DNA from: Hypanus sabinus
Lineage: Eukaryota
Assembly: GCF_030144855.1 (NCBI RefSeq)
Contig: NC_082726.1
Span: 19,902,001 to 19,966,000, forward strand
Reading direction: 5' to 3'
Length of the DNA: 64,000 nucleotides
Shown here: piece after piece, positions 13,441 to 25,543 of the stretch
Layout: every line of letters begins with the position of its first letter
How positions within the stretch are numbered: the first letter of the stretch is position 1
Made by a program: the position numbers and the translations under genes
Notes under the pieces: model-generated
The model's input: only the letters and a program-made list of their open reading frames with translations
The model's database searches: none
What the model was told of the DNA's origin: nothing

Positions 13441-13879
13441 ATGTTTTGAGGTAATTGAAAGTCACTATGGGAGACTTTCATGCCATGTGGGAGTATTTTT
13501 TGGCATCGCTTGCTGGGGAAGACTGGGGACTAGTTCCCAGTGGCTCCCAGACCATTCCCTTTGATGTAGTTACTGAGCCTATCCATGCAAAGTAAAATAA
13601 TTCTGACACACATTCAATATAATGTAATTGCATTGTTTCTGAATTCCTATGTTCACTGGGGACATATGTGACACTGGGGAATATTCCCCCTTCAATGGTT
13701 TTGTCCAGAATCAGCAGTGTGAAGAGTCAAGCATGAAACGCAGATAAAACAATGGACAACTGAACAGCAAGCTGCCAAAAGTAATTTTTAACATTACCAA
13801 ACAGTCAAATCATTAATAACAATGGCAAAAGTTTAGCAATTGGTAATTTGTTTCTTCCCCAATCTGGCATGTAAATATA

Positions 13880-14464
13880 CACTCACTTTATTAGATACAC
13901 CTGTATACCTGCTGATTAATGCAAATATCTAATCAGCCAATCATGAGGCAGCAACTCGATACATAAAAGCATGCAACCATGGTCAAGAGGTTCAATTGCA
14001 GAATGGGGAAGTGATGTGACCTAGGTGACGTTGACCATGGAATGATTGTTGCTGCCACAGAGGTGGCTTGAGTATCTCAGAAATTGCTGATCTCGTGGAA
14101 TTTTCATGCACGACGGTCTCTAGAGTTTACAGAGAATGATAAAAACAAAAAAGAATCCAGTGAATGGCATTTATATGGGCGAAAACGCTTTGTTACTGAG
14201 TGGGGTCAGAGGAGAATGGCCAGACTGGGTCAAGCTGTCAGGAAGGTGACGGAGCTGAAATAACCACATGTTAAAACAGTGGTATGCAGATAAGCAGCTC
14301 TGAATGCACAAAACCTTGAAGTGGCTGAGTTACAGCAGCAGAAGACCATGGACATTGGGCTGGAAAGGCTTGTGCTACACTGTATCTTTAAATAAAGTTT
14401 TTTAAAAACCTCAGTGGCCACTTTATTAGGTACAGGAAGTATCTAATAAAGTGGCCACTAAGTA
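13880..14464 (+). mobile_element. Non-autonomous Tc1-like DNA transposon
   Basis: TIR-like cactca(gtggc)cactttattag ends, TA on the left flank, decayed N-terminal HTH coding sequence (gacgttgaccatggaatgattgtt). Homologues at 31120-31692 and 61663-62141. Confidence 0.8.
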
Positions 14465-16317
14465 TGTATGTATGTGTCATCAACTTCAAGGAATCTCAAG
14501 CACTCCACAGACAAGAAAATCCTCTAGAAGTATAAACATGGGCCAAAAGGCACAGGCGCAGCAAAATCATAATGAGCCAAATGATTAGGCTTTGGAGGTG
14601 TATCAATGGAAGCTTACATATTGTCCAGAACAATACAATAGCTATGCATGAAGTACTCCAGAGTAGGTGGGCAAGATCTGAGTTAAGGTATAAAAAATGT
14701 TAGAAATGCTCAGTAGGTCAGGCAGCATCTGTGCAAAAGACAAACTCAGTCAGCATCTCAAATTGAATGTCCTTCATCAGAACCTTAAAAGTGAGAAAGC
14801 AAGTTAGTTTTAAATTGCAGTGAGGGTGGGGAGGAATGATTAGGGTAATAAAAAAAATCTCTGATAGCATTACCATGGTGGATCAGACATTTGGTAAAGA
14901 AAGATACATGGCTGATTTATTTTCCTATCCAATATATCCTCAAAACCCAGATTAAGTCTTCAAATCTCATAGTCTACTTCAATCCACAACCTTCCAGTTT
15001 AAAATCAAGTATCACTAAATGCTAACTGATATCTCTTGTTGGATAACAGCGGGCTAATGAATATTGTTTTACACTTGGCTTCAAATGCAAATAGTCTTAA
15101 AGTTTAGAGCATAATTTTTTAAATGTCATTGTCAAAAATAAATTTGCATCAATTCATTATAATCACGTTAGTTCATACTATCAGCTAACCTTTTCAGCAC
15201 AGACTTGCCAGTGTGCTCTCATAGGCAGTAGAGTGGGCTTTCATCATTGGAACTATGAGCCGATAATGATAAAATTTAATTAGAGATGAATAAGAGGGAA
15301 GTATTGTTGTGTGGTCCTAAACCTTAATCAGAAGCAAGACGGGAATGTCAAAATGTGACCTTTCTCACGAAGCCATTGGCAGTTCTGAATTTGCTGGCAT
15401 TTCTAGATGGAAGCACTTTAAAAAATAATCTGCATAATTAATATGCTGATAGCAAAGTGCCATTCGTCAACTTATTATAAATAACATAGCACCTTTATTT
15501 ACCCTTATTTTCCATCCAGACAGGATTATCACTGCACAGCCACTATTTCTGCTGCCGCTACTCTAGTTAAGGAGAAAGAGAGTTTCATTTGTGTAGTGTC
15601 TTTCATTTCAGGGTGGCCTGAAGTGATCTATGTGTAGTTGAACATATTTTGAAGTACGATCACTATTGTATTGTTGAAAATACAGTGGTCAATATTCCAC
15701 ACAGGACGTCTGCCCTTTGTTCAAAATTAATGCAATCTTGCTTTTCAATATTAACTGTCTAGTCAATAGATAACTCCAAAATAGAAACAGATGGTGTCAT
15801 TTGTCTGCCACATTAATTCTGCGCACCATTTCCACTTTGATCTATGTGTCTGTAGCCTCATGTATTGTTCCAATATAAACTTACTAAACAGAAATTCATC
15901 TTCCACCTGGGTGTGTTGCAGCTTCTAGAGCTTGATATCAGATTCGGCATTGCCAGATAACTTGTTTTTTCTGTTTATACAGAGACCAACTCTGCTGTGA
16001 GGTTGCCGATCTGTCACAGGAATTAACTTCTTCTCTCTCCACTGACGCTGCCTGATCAGCTCGGTATTTCCAGCATTCTTTTCTGCCCTGATCTGCATTT
16101 TGCATTTTGTCTCTGATATGTTTTTTCTCTCTCTAACCTCCCTCCTTAATCCATCTAGAAGACATTTTTCAAAAACGAAGGGTTACAATCAAACCAGGAG
16201 TTTCACAGGCTTCTATTTCAATTATTCAATGGTTTCATTTAATATCAGAGAATGTATACAGTATAGAACCTGAAATTCTTACTCTCCACAGACATCCACC
16301 AAACAACGAATGACAGA

Positions 16318-16437
16318 GCAAACATGAGGAAATTCAAACAACAACACACACAAAATGCTGGTAGGACACAGCAGGCCAGGCAGCATTGATAGGGAGAAGC
16401 GCTGTCGGCGTTTCGGGTCGAGACCCTTCGTCAGGAC
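16318..16437 (-). mobile_element. Stand-alone PLE-derived hammerhead-motif insert
   Basis: Flanked by a 14-bp duplication caa(c/t)gaatgacaga (16304-16317, 16438-16451). Minus strand reads gtcCTGACGAagggtctcgacccGAAAcgccgac. Confidence 0.8.
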
Positions 16438-16729
16438 CAATGAATGACAGAAAAGTGTTAGAACCCAAACCCCACTCCCTCTCCCCCTCCCTTACCTGCC
16501 TCATCTAAAAGCATCATTCCTCCCACTATCCACCATGCAAGGTATATCAAAGCCCCTAAAGAGATCATGATCTAAAGTCCATCTAAGATAGAGATTTAAA
16601 GAAATTTCTACACCAGTGGGTAGTGAACTTTTGAAATTCTCAATCCAAGAGAAGGATCAGTCAGTGAGCATATTCAAGATAGAAATGGATACTACTTTGG
16701 ATGGTAAGGGAATCAGATAATGTATAATT

Positions 16730-17325
16730 AAACACAAGATGTTAGGCAGATGCTGGAAATCCAAAGCAACACACACAAAATGTTGGAGGAACTCAGCAGC
16801 TCAGGCAGCATCTATGGAAATGAATACATTATGTTTCAGGCTGAGACCCTTCATCAGAACTGGAAAGGAAGGGTAAGAAACCAGAATGAGAAGGTAGGGG
16901 GAGGAGAAGGAGTACAAGCTAGAAGATGATAGGTGAAGTCAGGTGGATGGGGGAGGGGAAATGAAGTGAGAAGCTCAGAGATGATAGGTTGAAAAGGTAA
17001 AGGGCTCGAGAAGAAGGAATCTGATAGGAGGCAGAGAGTGGGCCATGAGAGAAAGGAAAGGAGGAGGGACATCCGTGGGTGGTGATAAGCAGGTGAAGAA
17101 AAGAGAAGAGGTAAGAAGGGGGCCAGAGAGGGGAATTGAAGATGAGCAAAAATTACCGGAAGCTGGAGTAATTTATGTTCATGCTCTAAGGTTGGAGTCT
17201 ACCAAGATGTTGCTCTTCCTACCTAAGAGTGCCCTTATGGTGGCAGTAGAGGAAGCCATGAACTGACATGTTGGAATGGGAATGCTGATTGGAATTAAAA
17301 TGGTTGGCTAGTGGGAAAACCATCC
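16730..17325 (-). mobile_element. Penelope-like element 3' fragment
   Basis: Homologous to 48979-49500: terminal repeat, purine-rich UTR and end of the GIY-YIG ORF. Confidence 0.75.
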
Positions 17326-18037
17326 ACCAGGAATATGAAATGAATACAGGAAACTAACACTGAAATTAAAAAATATAGCCAGAGTAGGTATGGAGGCCAT
17401 ATGATCTCTACCAGTCCCTTCTGATGTGCCCAATTAAAATGAATACCAATAATATTTTTGAAGTATCAAATGGAGTATAGCTGTGGGCCAAAAATGCACC
17501 CAAAAATGTGACAAAGTTGTTAGGCTTCAGATGTGGTTGGTAGGTTGCTCTGGTCGAAAGGTTATATATTAAAATCTCCAGCAACTTAAGTCCATAATCA
17601 AGATTGCCATTGTAATATCAATTCTTGATAAATGTAAAAGAACACTTTTTAGATCAAAGTCCAGCCTCTTAGATCAAAAAGATCTCACAACATGATTTCT
17701 GAGAACAAGGGAGTCCTTCCTTTTGAAAAGCAGTAAATAGTCACACTGGAAATCTAAAAACATGTCAGGTAATTCTGGAAGCACTCGCCAGGTCAGGCAA
17801 CATCTGTGGAGAGAGGATAAGGGTTAATGCTTCAGGTCGATAACCTTTCATCAGAACTGGGAAAAGGACGGAAGCAGAGAAGTTGTAAATTTCAGAGAAG
17901 GAAGGAAGATGGAAAGAACAAAAGGATGATAAATGAGCACAGAAGAGAGAGGAAAATGCTGAGATTAAAAAATGCTAGACTTACCTTGCAAGACAGAGAG
18001 CAAAATTGGGGAGAGAAAATTTGAGTTTAACAAAACA

Positions 18038-18245
18038 AGTTCAAGGTTCAAAGTTAATTTATTAACAAAGTACATATATGTCACCATATACAATCCTGAG
18101 ATTAATTTTCTTATGGGCATATTCAATAAATCCATAATAGAATAGCAACCATAACACTGAGAACATGAGGTGAAGAGTCCTTGAAAGTGAGTCCATAGGT
18201 TGAGGGAACATTTCAGTGATAGGGGAAGTGAAGTTGGTTCAAGCT
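18038..18245 (-). mobile_element. Rex1/Babar-type 3' UTR fragment
   Basis: Reverse complement of the 3350-3706 tail. Confidence 0.65.
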
Positions 18246-18869
18246 GATGATGTTACCAATTCTGAAACCAATAGGTCATCTGAAGTTGTTGAGTATTAAG
18301 GTCTGTAATATGCCTAATCAGAAATCATTGAATGCCAAACCCACTCCTGTCAGTCCTCCACTGAATTGACCTTCCTTGATCTTTTACTGTTTACCTTTCA
18401 ATCCAAGGTCAAGCACAAGATAGCCTGCTCCAGCAGAGCTAATACTCATAAAGCTAATACTAATTTGGTAGCATTGTTAAGAAATGTTGGGTGCAGGAAC
18501 TGTAACTGCAGGAAGGAGTGTTTTACCGACATTGATATGAAGACACCTAGATCTTTTAATTCTCAAAGTGCAGGATAAGACAAATGTAATGAAGCATAAA
18601 TGCATACAAAGAACTGAGACATTAGCTTATGACAGGCTTTATACATATACATGGAAATATTAATGTCAAGCTCTTACACAAGTAGTAATTACACAACACA
18701 TATTGATACAACCATAAAACTTATGGCAACTATCTTGTAACTGTCTTGTAATGATCTTATCATCAGTTTGATGAAGATTGACTTTAATTTGGGCATTGTC
18801 AGCAACTGCTGTGATCTCCATGAGATTTCATAACAACAGGTTAAGAACAGACAGAGAATCATCTTAACA

Positions 18870-19680
18870 GTTACAGAAAAAACAAGCTGCTGGAGGTACT
18901 CGCCAAGTTAATCAGCATCTGTGGAGGGAATAGAATGGTCGACGTTTTGGACGTATTTTAGGTAATTCACACCCCCTGTGCTCTTTCCACTCCCCTCTCC
19001 CTTTGTGCATCTTTACCTTTCCTCCACCTCCCATGACTTAGGTTTGTTACTCTCATCTACCTGATTCCACCTGTCCATCATTCACACACCTACATATCTG
19101 GGTTTCTTCACTCTTGCATACCTTTTCTATCTCCTTGCCTATTGTATTCCATTTATCTCTTCCATAACAATACTATTTATCACCTCCCAGCCTCTGATTC
19201 CTCCATGTGGCTCTCCCCTTCCTATTTTCTTCCTTGTCTTTTTCAGCCTATCACTTACCAGCCCCAGTCTCACTTCTTTATACTAGCCATTTTTCCTCTC
19301 CACTCCTTGTTAAAGTGCAGAGTCGCAATCTGAATTGTTGATCATTCCTTTGCCTCTACTGATGCTGCTTCATCTGCTGAGTTCCTCCAGTAGTTTGTTT
19401 TTTTTTTGCTTCAGATTCTAGCATCTGCAGTCTCTTACATCTCCCTGCTGGTTATAACTCTCCTCTCCTATCAGATTCCTTCCTCGCCAGCCCTTTACCT
19501 TTCCTACCCACCTGGCTTCACCTATCACCTTCTTGCTGCCCTCTTTCCCTATCCCCCCCCCACCTTTTTATTCTGGGCCTTCCCCCTTCCTTTCCATTGC
19601 TGAAGAAGGGTCTTGGCCTCCATAGATGCTGCCTGACTTGCTGAGTTTCTCCAGCATTTTGTGTGTGATGCTCTGGTTAT
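18870..19680. mobile_element. Cluster of old PLE terminal-repeat fragments
   Basis: Repeated gatgctgcctgacttgctgagtt..ccagca motif and pyrimidine-rich UTR. ctgaagaagggtcttggcc remnant near 19600. Confidence 0.55.
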
Positions 19681-20029
19681 AACCTACCACCTTCGGGTGA
19701 TGAATTAGTACTCCCCTGTGTGCTCACCCAACAGTCCCCACTAGCAGCTAGGGCACAAAATGTCCGCTGGTTGGGTAACTTCAATGTCTGCTACCAGCAA
19801 TGGCTCAGTGTTCACTTAATAACTAAACTGGTCAAATCATGACGAATACAGTTGCTGAAGTGGGCAGGCAAAGAAGTCAATGGATAACCAGTATGAGATG
19901 AAAGACTACTTAACCTCATCTTTTCAAACCTACCTGAAATATTGGTAGCAATGATCACTGCATGGTCATTTGAATTCTAAGTATTATCTTCATACTGGTG
20001 ATAATGACCATGCTAAATGACATAGAAGG

Positions 20030-20290
20030 CCCTATGACCCCAAGAGGGCCACAATCTTATCATGGTTTGGAGGCTTGCATACCTTAATGACCTGGAGAGC
20101 TACATTTGCTGGAATCAGGGCCTTGTTCTTTGGCTCTTGGTAGGGTCACTCATGCCAAACAGGTCAAAGGATAGAAGCCAGACTAAGAGTGGCCCACCGG
20201 TCCTCTAGGTTCAGGGGTTCGGCTCAGGGCTAACAGTCCTGAATGGTAAAAAAAATTGTTATGGAAACAGCAATGAAGAATCTTTCTATC
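20030..20290 (+). mobile_element. RTE (Expander/Rex3-like) 5' UTR-derived element
   Basis: aatgacctggagagctac...ggtagggtcactcatgccaaacaggtc...gggctaaca...gtaaaaaa resembles RTE 5' UTRs. Recognised from memory. Confidence 0.5.
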
Positions 20291-21259
20291 ATCTGCCCAT
20301 GAGGCTGGTGGGAACCAGGTTGTTTGAAATATTTAAATAGAGATCGATAGAGGAATTGAGGGGTGCGGAGAAATGCCACTGAAAAGAGATGCCAGCATAG
20401 ATCAGCCATGATCATGTTCTATGGCAGAGCAGGCCTAAGGGCTCTAAAGGCCTACTCCTGCTCCTACTTTGTGTAATGAGTTGAGCTTTCAACCCTTAAT
20501 CCTCTCTATTAGTGACTGTGCAAATCCACTTGTATTATGTCATCAGTCTCTATTCCTGCCTCAGTCCATTCACCGCTGATACTTGTCTCTTTGTTACGGT
20601 ATTGCCAGACTTGACTGGTTTGGCCTGCCTCCTTTTGCACATACTTAAAAAAAAGCACTGTTGTCTAACTGATTCTTGACCCAAAACATCAACTATCCAT
20701 TTCCCTCCTTGGCTGTTGCCTGACACATTGAATTCCTCCAGATCCTTTGTGTGTTTCTTCAGATTTCCAGCATCTGCAATATCTTGTGTCAGCATAAGTA
20801 AGTCAAAGTACTAAATCAAATATTAATAATCAGTGGCTGTGTTTAGAATTAATGTATTTGTCTGTGAGCACATTGAAAAATGATAAAATAGTGATGGTGT
20901 TGCTTATATTGGATTAATCGTTGTTCATCTTAAGTTCTATGTACTTGGAGCTGTGTCTCCAGGAAACAAACTGAAATGGTTTCTTGGACAGGAGGCAGCT
21001 GTATTGTTGTTGAACACCACCTTCATATGGAAAGCTATAGCTATAGAACATGTTTACATAATGCCTTTTAAGATCTAAGGACATCCAAAGTGTTTCACAA
21101 CTATTAAAGTGCTTTGGATGTACAGACGTTAAGTAGGTAAATGCAGCCATCTTGTTCACAGCAAGCTCCCACAAAAACAAGTGAAGCAAGTGATAATGAA
21201 TTAAATTTTTGTGCAGTTCACTAAAGGACAAATGTCCAATGCACCTATTTTTAAAAGGC

Positions 21260-21690
21260 TTCAAAGTTCAAAGTAAATTTATTATCAAAGTACATATACA
21301 ACCCTGAGATTCATTATCTTGCCTGTATACTCAACAAATCCATAATAGATTAATAACCATAATAGAATCAATGAAAGATCATACCAACTTGAGTTTTCAC
21401 CGGTGTGCAGAAGATCACAAACTACTAATACAAAATGTAAAAAATAAGAAGAAATAAATAAGCAATAAATATTAAGAACATTAGATGAAGAGTCCTTGGA
21501 AGTGAATCCGTTGGTTGTGGGAACATTCAATGATGGGGCAAATGAAGTTGAGTAAAGTTATCCCTTTTGGTTCAAGAGCCTGAAGGTTGAAGGGTAATAA
21601 CCATTCATGAACCTGGTGGTGTGAATCCTGAGGCTCCTGTACCTTCTTTCTGATGGCAACAGAGAGAAGAGAGCATGTCCCAGATAGTAT
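21260..21690 (-). mobile_element. Rex1/Babar-type LINE 3' fragment
   Basis: ORF piece HALFSLLPSERRYRSLRIHTTRF...YYPSTFRLLN plus the shared tail. Confidence 0.75.
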
Positions 21691-21742
21691 ATGAGTTTCA
21701 ATCTAAGTGTTTGGTCATAGCCTGAATGGTCTCCCTCTACAT

Positions 21743-21820
21743 CAGGAACCAAACTGGGCTCCATGAATTCCTTGCTTAATGGTATTGGTCTAATGCATAA
21801 AAAAGGGTTGGGCATCCCTG
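21743..21820. mobile_element. ~78-bp hAT-type micro-MITE
   Basis: cagg...gggcatccctg ends. Imperfect 8-bp TSD ctctacat/ctttatat. Related to 53812-53887. Confidence 0.5.
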
Positions 21821-22914
21821 CTTTATATTCAAAATCTTTTGTGTTTCCATGCCTCATAATACTTCTGATTATAACGCAATTTGAATTTGCAAGATTTTGA
21901 TTGGAAGTGTGATAATATTGCCAGCAAAAGACCAAGTTCAGATCACATTCGGTTACTAAGTTGCTTGTTTAACTCATGATATATCTGCTACCATGACTGT
22001 TTGCATCCCCCTAAAAGTTTACTACACATTTAGCCAAATACAAGCTCATGAGGAATCAAAGGAAGTGCTTCAGGCATTGAAAACAATATCCATAACATTG
22101 CTATTTAGGGTCACCAACACTGCCTTCTAACAATAAGGAGCAAAGTAGGCGAGGTCACAATAAACTCCATTGTATTAAATATAAGCCCAGAAGAAGGAGA
22201 GATTCCAGGAGCCAGTCTGTCTCCTGTAAACATGATCATTGTTTGCAATGATTTTTACATAGTGAAAGTGGAGAAACAAACATAACACAACATCCTTCAG
22301 TCAACCATTCCTGAAATGCGAACAAAGGAAATACACTTTATCAAAAAGATGTTTTAAGACTTTAATCTTAAAGGCCAAACATTTCTCACATGCGTAAAAT
22401 CTGGAATTTAGGCCTTACTACTCACCATCTGCACCTAGAGCTTTATACAAGGTTCCCTTACTTTCCAGGACATTCATCTGCCCCTTGCTTAGAGCGAGAA
22501 TAAGCAAATCACCCAGCTCATCATGCCTACAGATGCTGTTCAGTTTAGCACTTTGAAATTGAAGTTAATGTAGTGAAAGTCCTGTATTCAGATCCTTGCC
22601 ATCATATGGGTCCTGGGCTTGGCATCTGTTAGGACATTGGGAACTGAACCCAGCATCCTGTGTGAAACAAAGGACTGAGCCTGATTTCATGTGCATTTCA
22701 GAAAACTGCCCAGCATCCTGTGGGATTCAGGACTGACATCAGTTGGGGCGTTGGGCCCTGAACCTGACAATAAATGTGCCCTAGAGACTGGAGCAGACAT
22801 CGGGGACTGTTGAGATCACACCTTGACTTCTCAGCCACTACCTCCACAAAATCCCGGATAAACTAATAACGCCATCTCTGATTGCTTTCATGGGAAAACT
22901 GGTAGTGAATCTCA

Positions 22915-24372
22915 AAATTCAGAAATTGGAGGAGGAAGGGGGCTTGGAATTCCTTATGCAGGGTTCCCTAAAGGTTAACTTGCAGGTTGAGTTGGTGGTA
23001 GGGAAAGCAAGTGCAATGTCAGCATTAATGTTAAGAGAATTAGAATATAAATGCAAAGATATAATGAGAGGCTTTATAAGGCATTTTTGGACTGCACGTG
23101 GAGTATTGTGAGCAGTTTTGGGCTTCTTATCTGAAAAGGGAAGTGTTGGCACTCGGAAATATTGAAAAGCCTAGATAGAATAGATATGGAGAGGATGTTT
23201 CCTATAGTGAGAGCCTAAGCCCAGAGGGCACAGACTCAGAATAGAAGGATATCTCTTTAAAACAGAGATAAAGAGGATTTTTTTTAGTGAGAGGGTGGTA
23301 AATCTGTGGAATTTATTACCACGAACGGCTGTGAAGATCACGTCATTAGGCATGTTTAGAGTGGGGGTTGATAGGTTCTTGATTTAGATTAGATTTAGAA
23401 TTAGGTTTCTTTAATATCAGAAAATGTGTTCTGTATACAACCCGAACTTCGTACTCTTCACAAACAAGAGACCCCATAGATCGAATGATAGAAACCCCCT
23501 TCCCCCACCCTTCATGGAAGCAGCTGCAAAAGCATCAACCCCCCCAAACTCATGAGCAGAAGCACCAACACCCCAACCCCCACTCATGCCAGTAAAAGCT
23601 CTGACCTTTCTACACCCCCCCCCCCCGTGCAAGCAACAGCAAAAGCCCCAAAGAAATCTTGATCCAGAGTCTATCAAAACTATAGTCTTTAACCCAGCAC
23701 TTGTATCTGAAGTAGGCTCGCTCTCTCTTCAGCAAGGGAGAAAGAGGCCACTCCTGCGATAACGAGAATGAAAACCAGCGGCTCCTGTTCTAATGTTACA
23801 ATCTGCTGCATTGCTTCTCCAAGCCCACCGTCTCAAGCACTGACAAGCTCTCACTCTCCATCAAAAGAAAGAGAGAGTGGGGAATCACTGGAGTACAGGG
23901 TCTTTCTTCCAACAACGATTAGCAAGCACACCACCTGCTGTCTTGATATTTCAGACTCCCATGACGCTTCAGTTGGCGAAATCAACGAGGGATCAGGTCA
24001 TCTAAAGGGTTGCTTCCTGAAGGTGCACGCCCTCCAGGCTGTTCCTGGAAATAGCAAAGCACTAGGATGCGCAGCCGTTCCAAAAACCCCACAGCTTGCG
24101 ATGAACCGTAATTTGAACTGTAGATCACAGACTCCAACAGAACCCCAACCATCTTGAAAAGAAGGGAAAGACATAAGAGAAGACGAATAAACTGTTTTGT
24201 GGACGAACTGGAAGAAGTTGCCTGGGTCTGCAAAAATTGCTGGCTCTACCTTTCCATGTCAAAGGTTATGGGGAGAGGGCAGAAGAATGGGGTTGAGAGG
24301 GATAATAAATCAGTTGTGATAGTACAGACTCGAAGGGCTGATTGGCCTTATTTTGCTCCTTTGTCTTATGGA
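22915..24372 (+). mobile_element. CR1 3' fragment split by a nested element
   Basis: CR1 ORF2 end at 22915-~23384 resumes at ~24255 (catgtcaaaggttatgggaga) and runs to the tcttatgg tail. Confidence 0.75.
23385..24250 (-). mobile_element. Non-autonomous LINE-tailed element nested in CR1
   Basis: Rex1-like 3' tail with (TCTAAA)-type repeats at ~23385-23460. Its 5' part resembles 37200-37715. Confidence 0.5.
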
Positions 24373-24394
24373 TTAAATGGACAGACATTTTCAG

Positions 24395-24557
24395 GGAGAA
24401 GCGCTGTCGACGTTTCGGGCCGAGACCCTTCGTCAGGATTCAGCCCGAAACCTCGACAGCGCTTCTCCCTATAGATGCTGCCTGGCCTGCTGTGTTCCAC
24501 CAGCATTTTGTGTGTGTTGTTGTTTGAATTTCCAGCATCTGCAGATTTCCTCGTGTT
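24395..24557. mobile_element. PLE-derived hammerhead-motif insert with 5' inversion
   Basis: 12-bp duplication agacattttcag (24383-24394, 24558-24569). An antisense segment is followed by the sense 3' terminal repeat. Confidence 0.85.
24406..24438 (-). ncRNA. Minimal type I hammerhead ribozyme motif (intact core)
   Basis: Minus strand reads tc-CUGACGA-a-GGGU CUCG GCCC-GAAA-C-GUC-gac. Stem I is truncated by the inversion. Confidence 0.7.
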
Positions 24558-25004
24558 AGACATTTTCAGATTACTTTCAGATATGCTTGCAATCCACTGC
24601 TGAGCACCAAATCTGTTGTTAACAGAAAGATTGCAGAGTCCATCAAATTTTAATTTCAATGTTAACAGGATAATGAAGTGTTAGACAGGAACACTTATGC
24701 TAGTCATATCCTCCATGCTATTACTATGAGTACATTACATGATCAATGGCACATTGATTTACTGATGTGTAGAGGCTTGCATCTTAGATTTAAAAGATAT
24801 ACACAATGTATGTACCTGTCAGCAGGTCCCTGAACACATTGCTGCCTGTCAAGGTGATATGATCTGTGTTGGACTTGGCAGTCATATTTCACACTGGCCC
24901 CCCTGCCATAACCAAGTAAACATTAATTAATCTTCATGAAGCTGCTCTAATTCATTAATATCTCGTGACTGAGGTACAGTGAAAAGCTTGTCTTGAATAA
25001 TATT

Positions 25005-25410
25005 CATAAGATCATAAAACATAGGAGTAGAATTAGGCCATTTGGCCCATCAAGTCTGCATGGGTGATTTATTATTCCTCACAAACCCATTTTCCTGCTT
25101 TTTTCCTATAACCTTTGATGCCCTGATTAATCAAGAACCCGTCAACCTCTGCTTTAAAAATGACTTGGCCTCCACAGCCATCTGTAGCAATGCATTTCAC
25201 AAATTCACCACCCTCTGGCTAAAGAAATTCATCCTCATTTCTGTTCTAAACTGATGTCCTTCTATGCTGAGCCTGTGCCCTCTAGATCTAGACTCACCCA
25301 CTATAGGAAACATCCTCTCCACATCCACTCTGGTTAGGATTTTCAATATTCGGTAGGTTTCAATGAGATCCCTCCTCATTCTTCTAAACTCAAATGAGTA
25401 CAGTTCTGCC
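25005..25410 (-). mobile_element. CR1 3' end
   Basis: ORF LYSFEFRRMRRDLIETYRIL...RTEMRMNFFSQRVVNL plus tail. Confidence 0.85.
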
Positions 25411-25543
25411 ATCATCCCTATTAGTAACCTGAGTCCATAGAGAACACAGAATATAGAATTTGAGAAATTATAGCATAGCAGCAAGACCCACCATGCCTGT
25501 GCTGAAAATGATGAAAAATTAAATTAATCCTATTTGTCTATAC

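Noticed and set aside
20085-20170. Definite HDV-like ribozyme
   Set aside because: Only one helix was evident and P1/P3/P1.1 could not be assigned. Kept as a hypothesis only.
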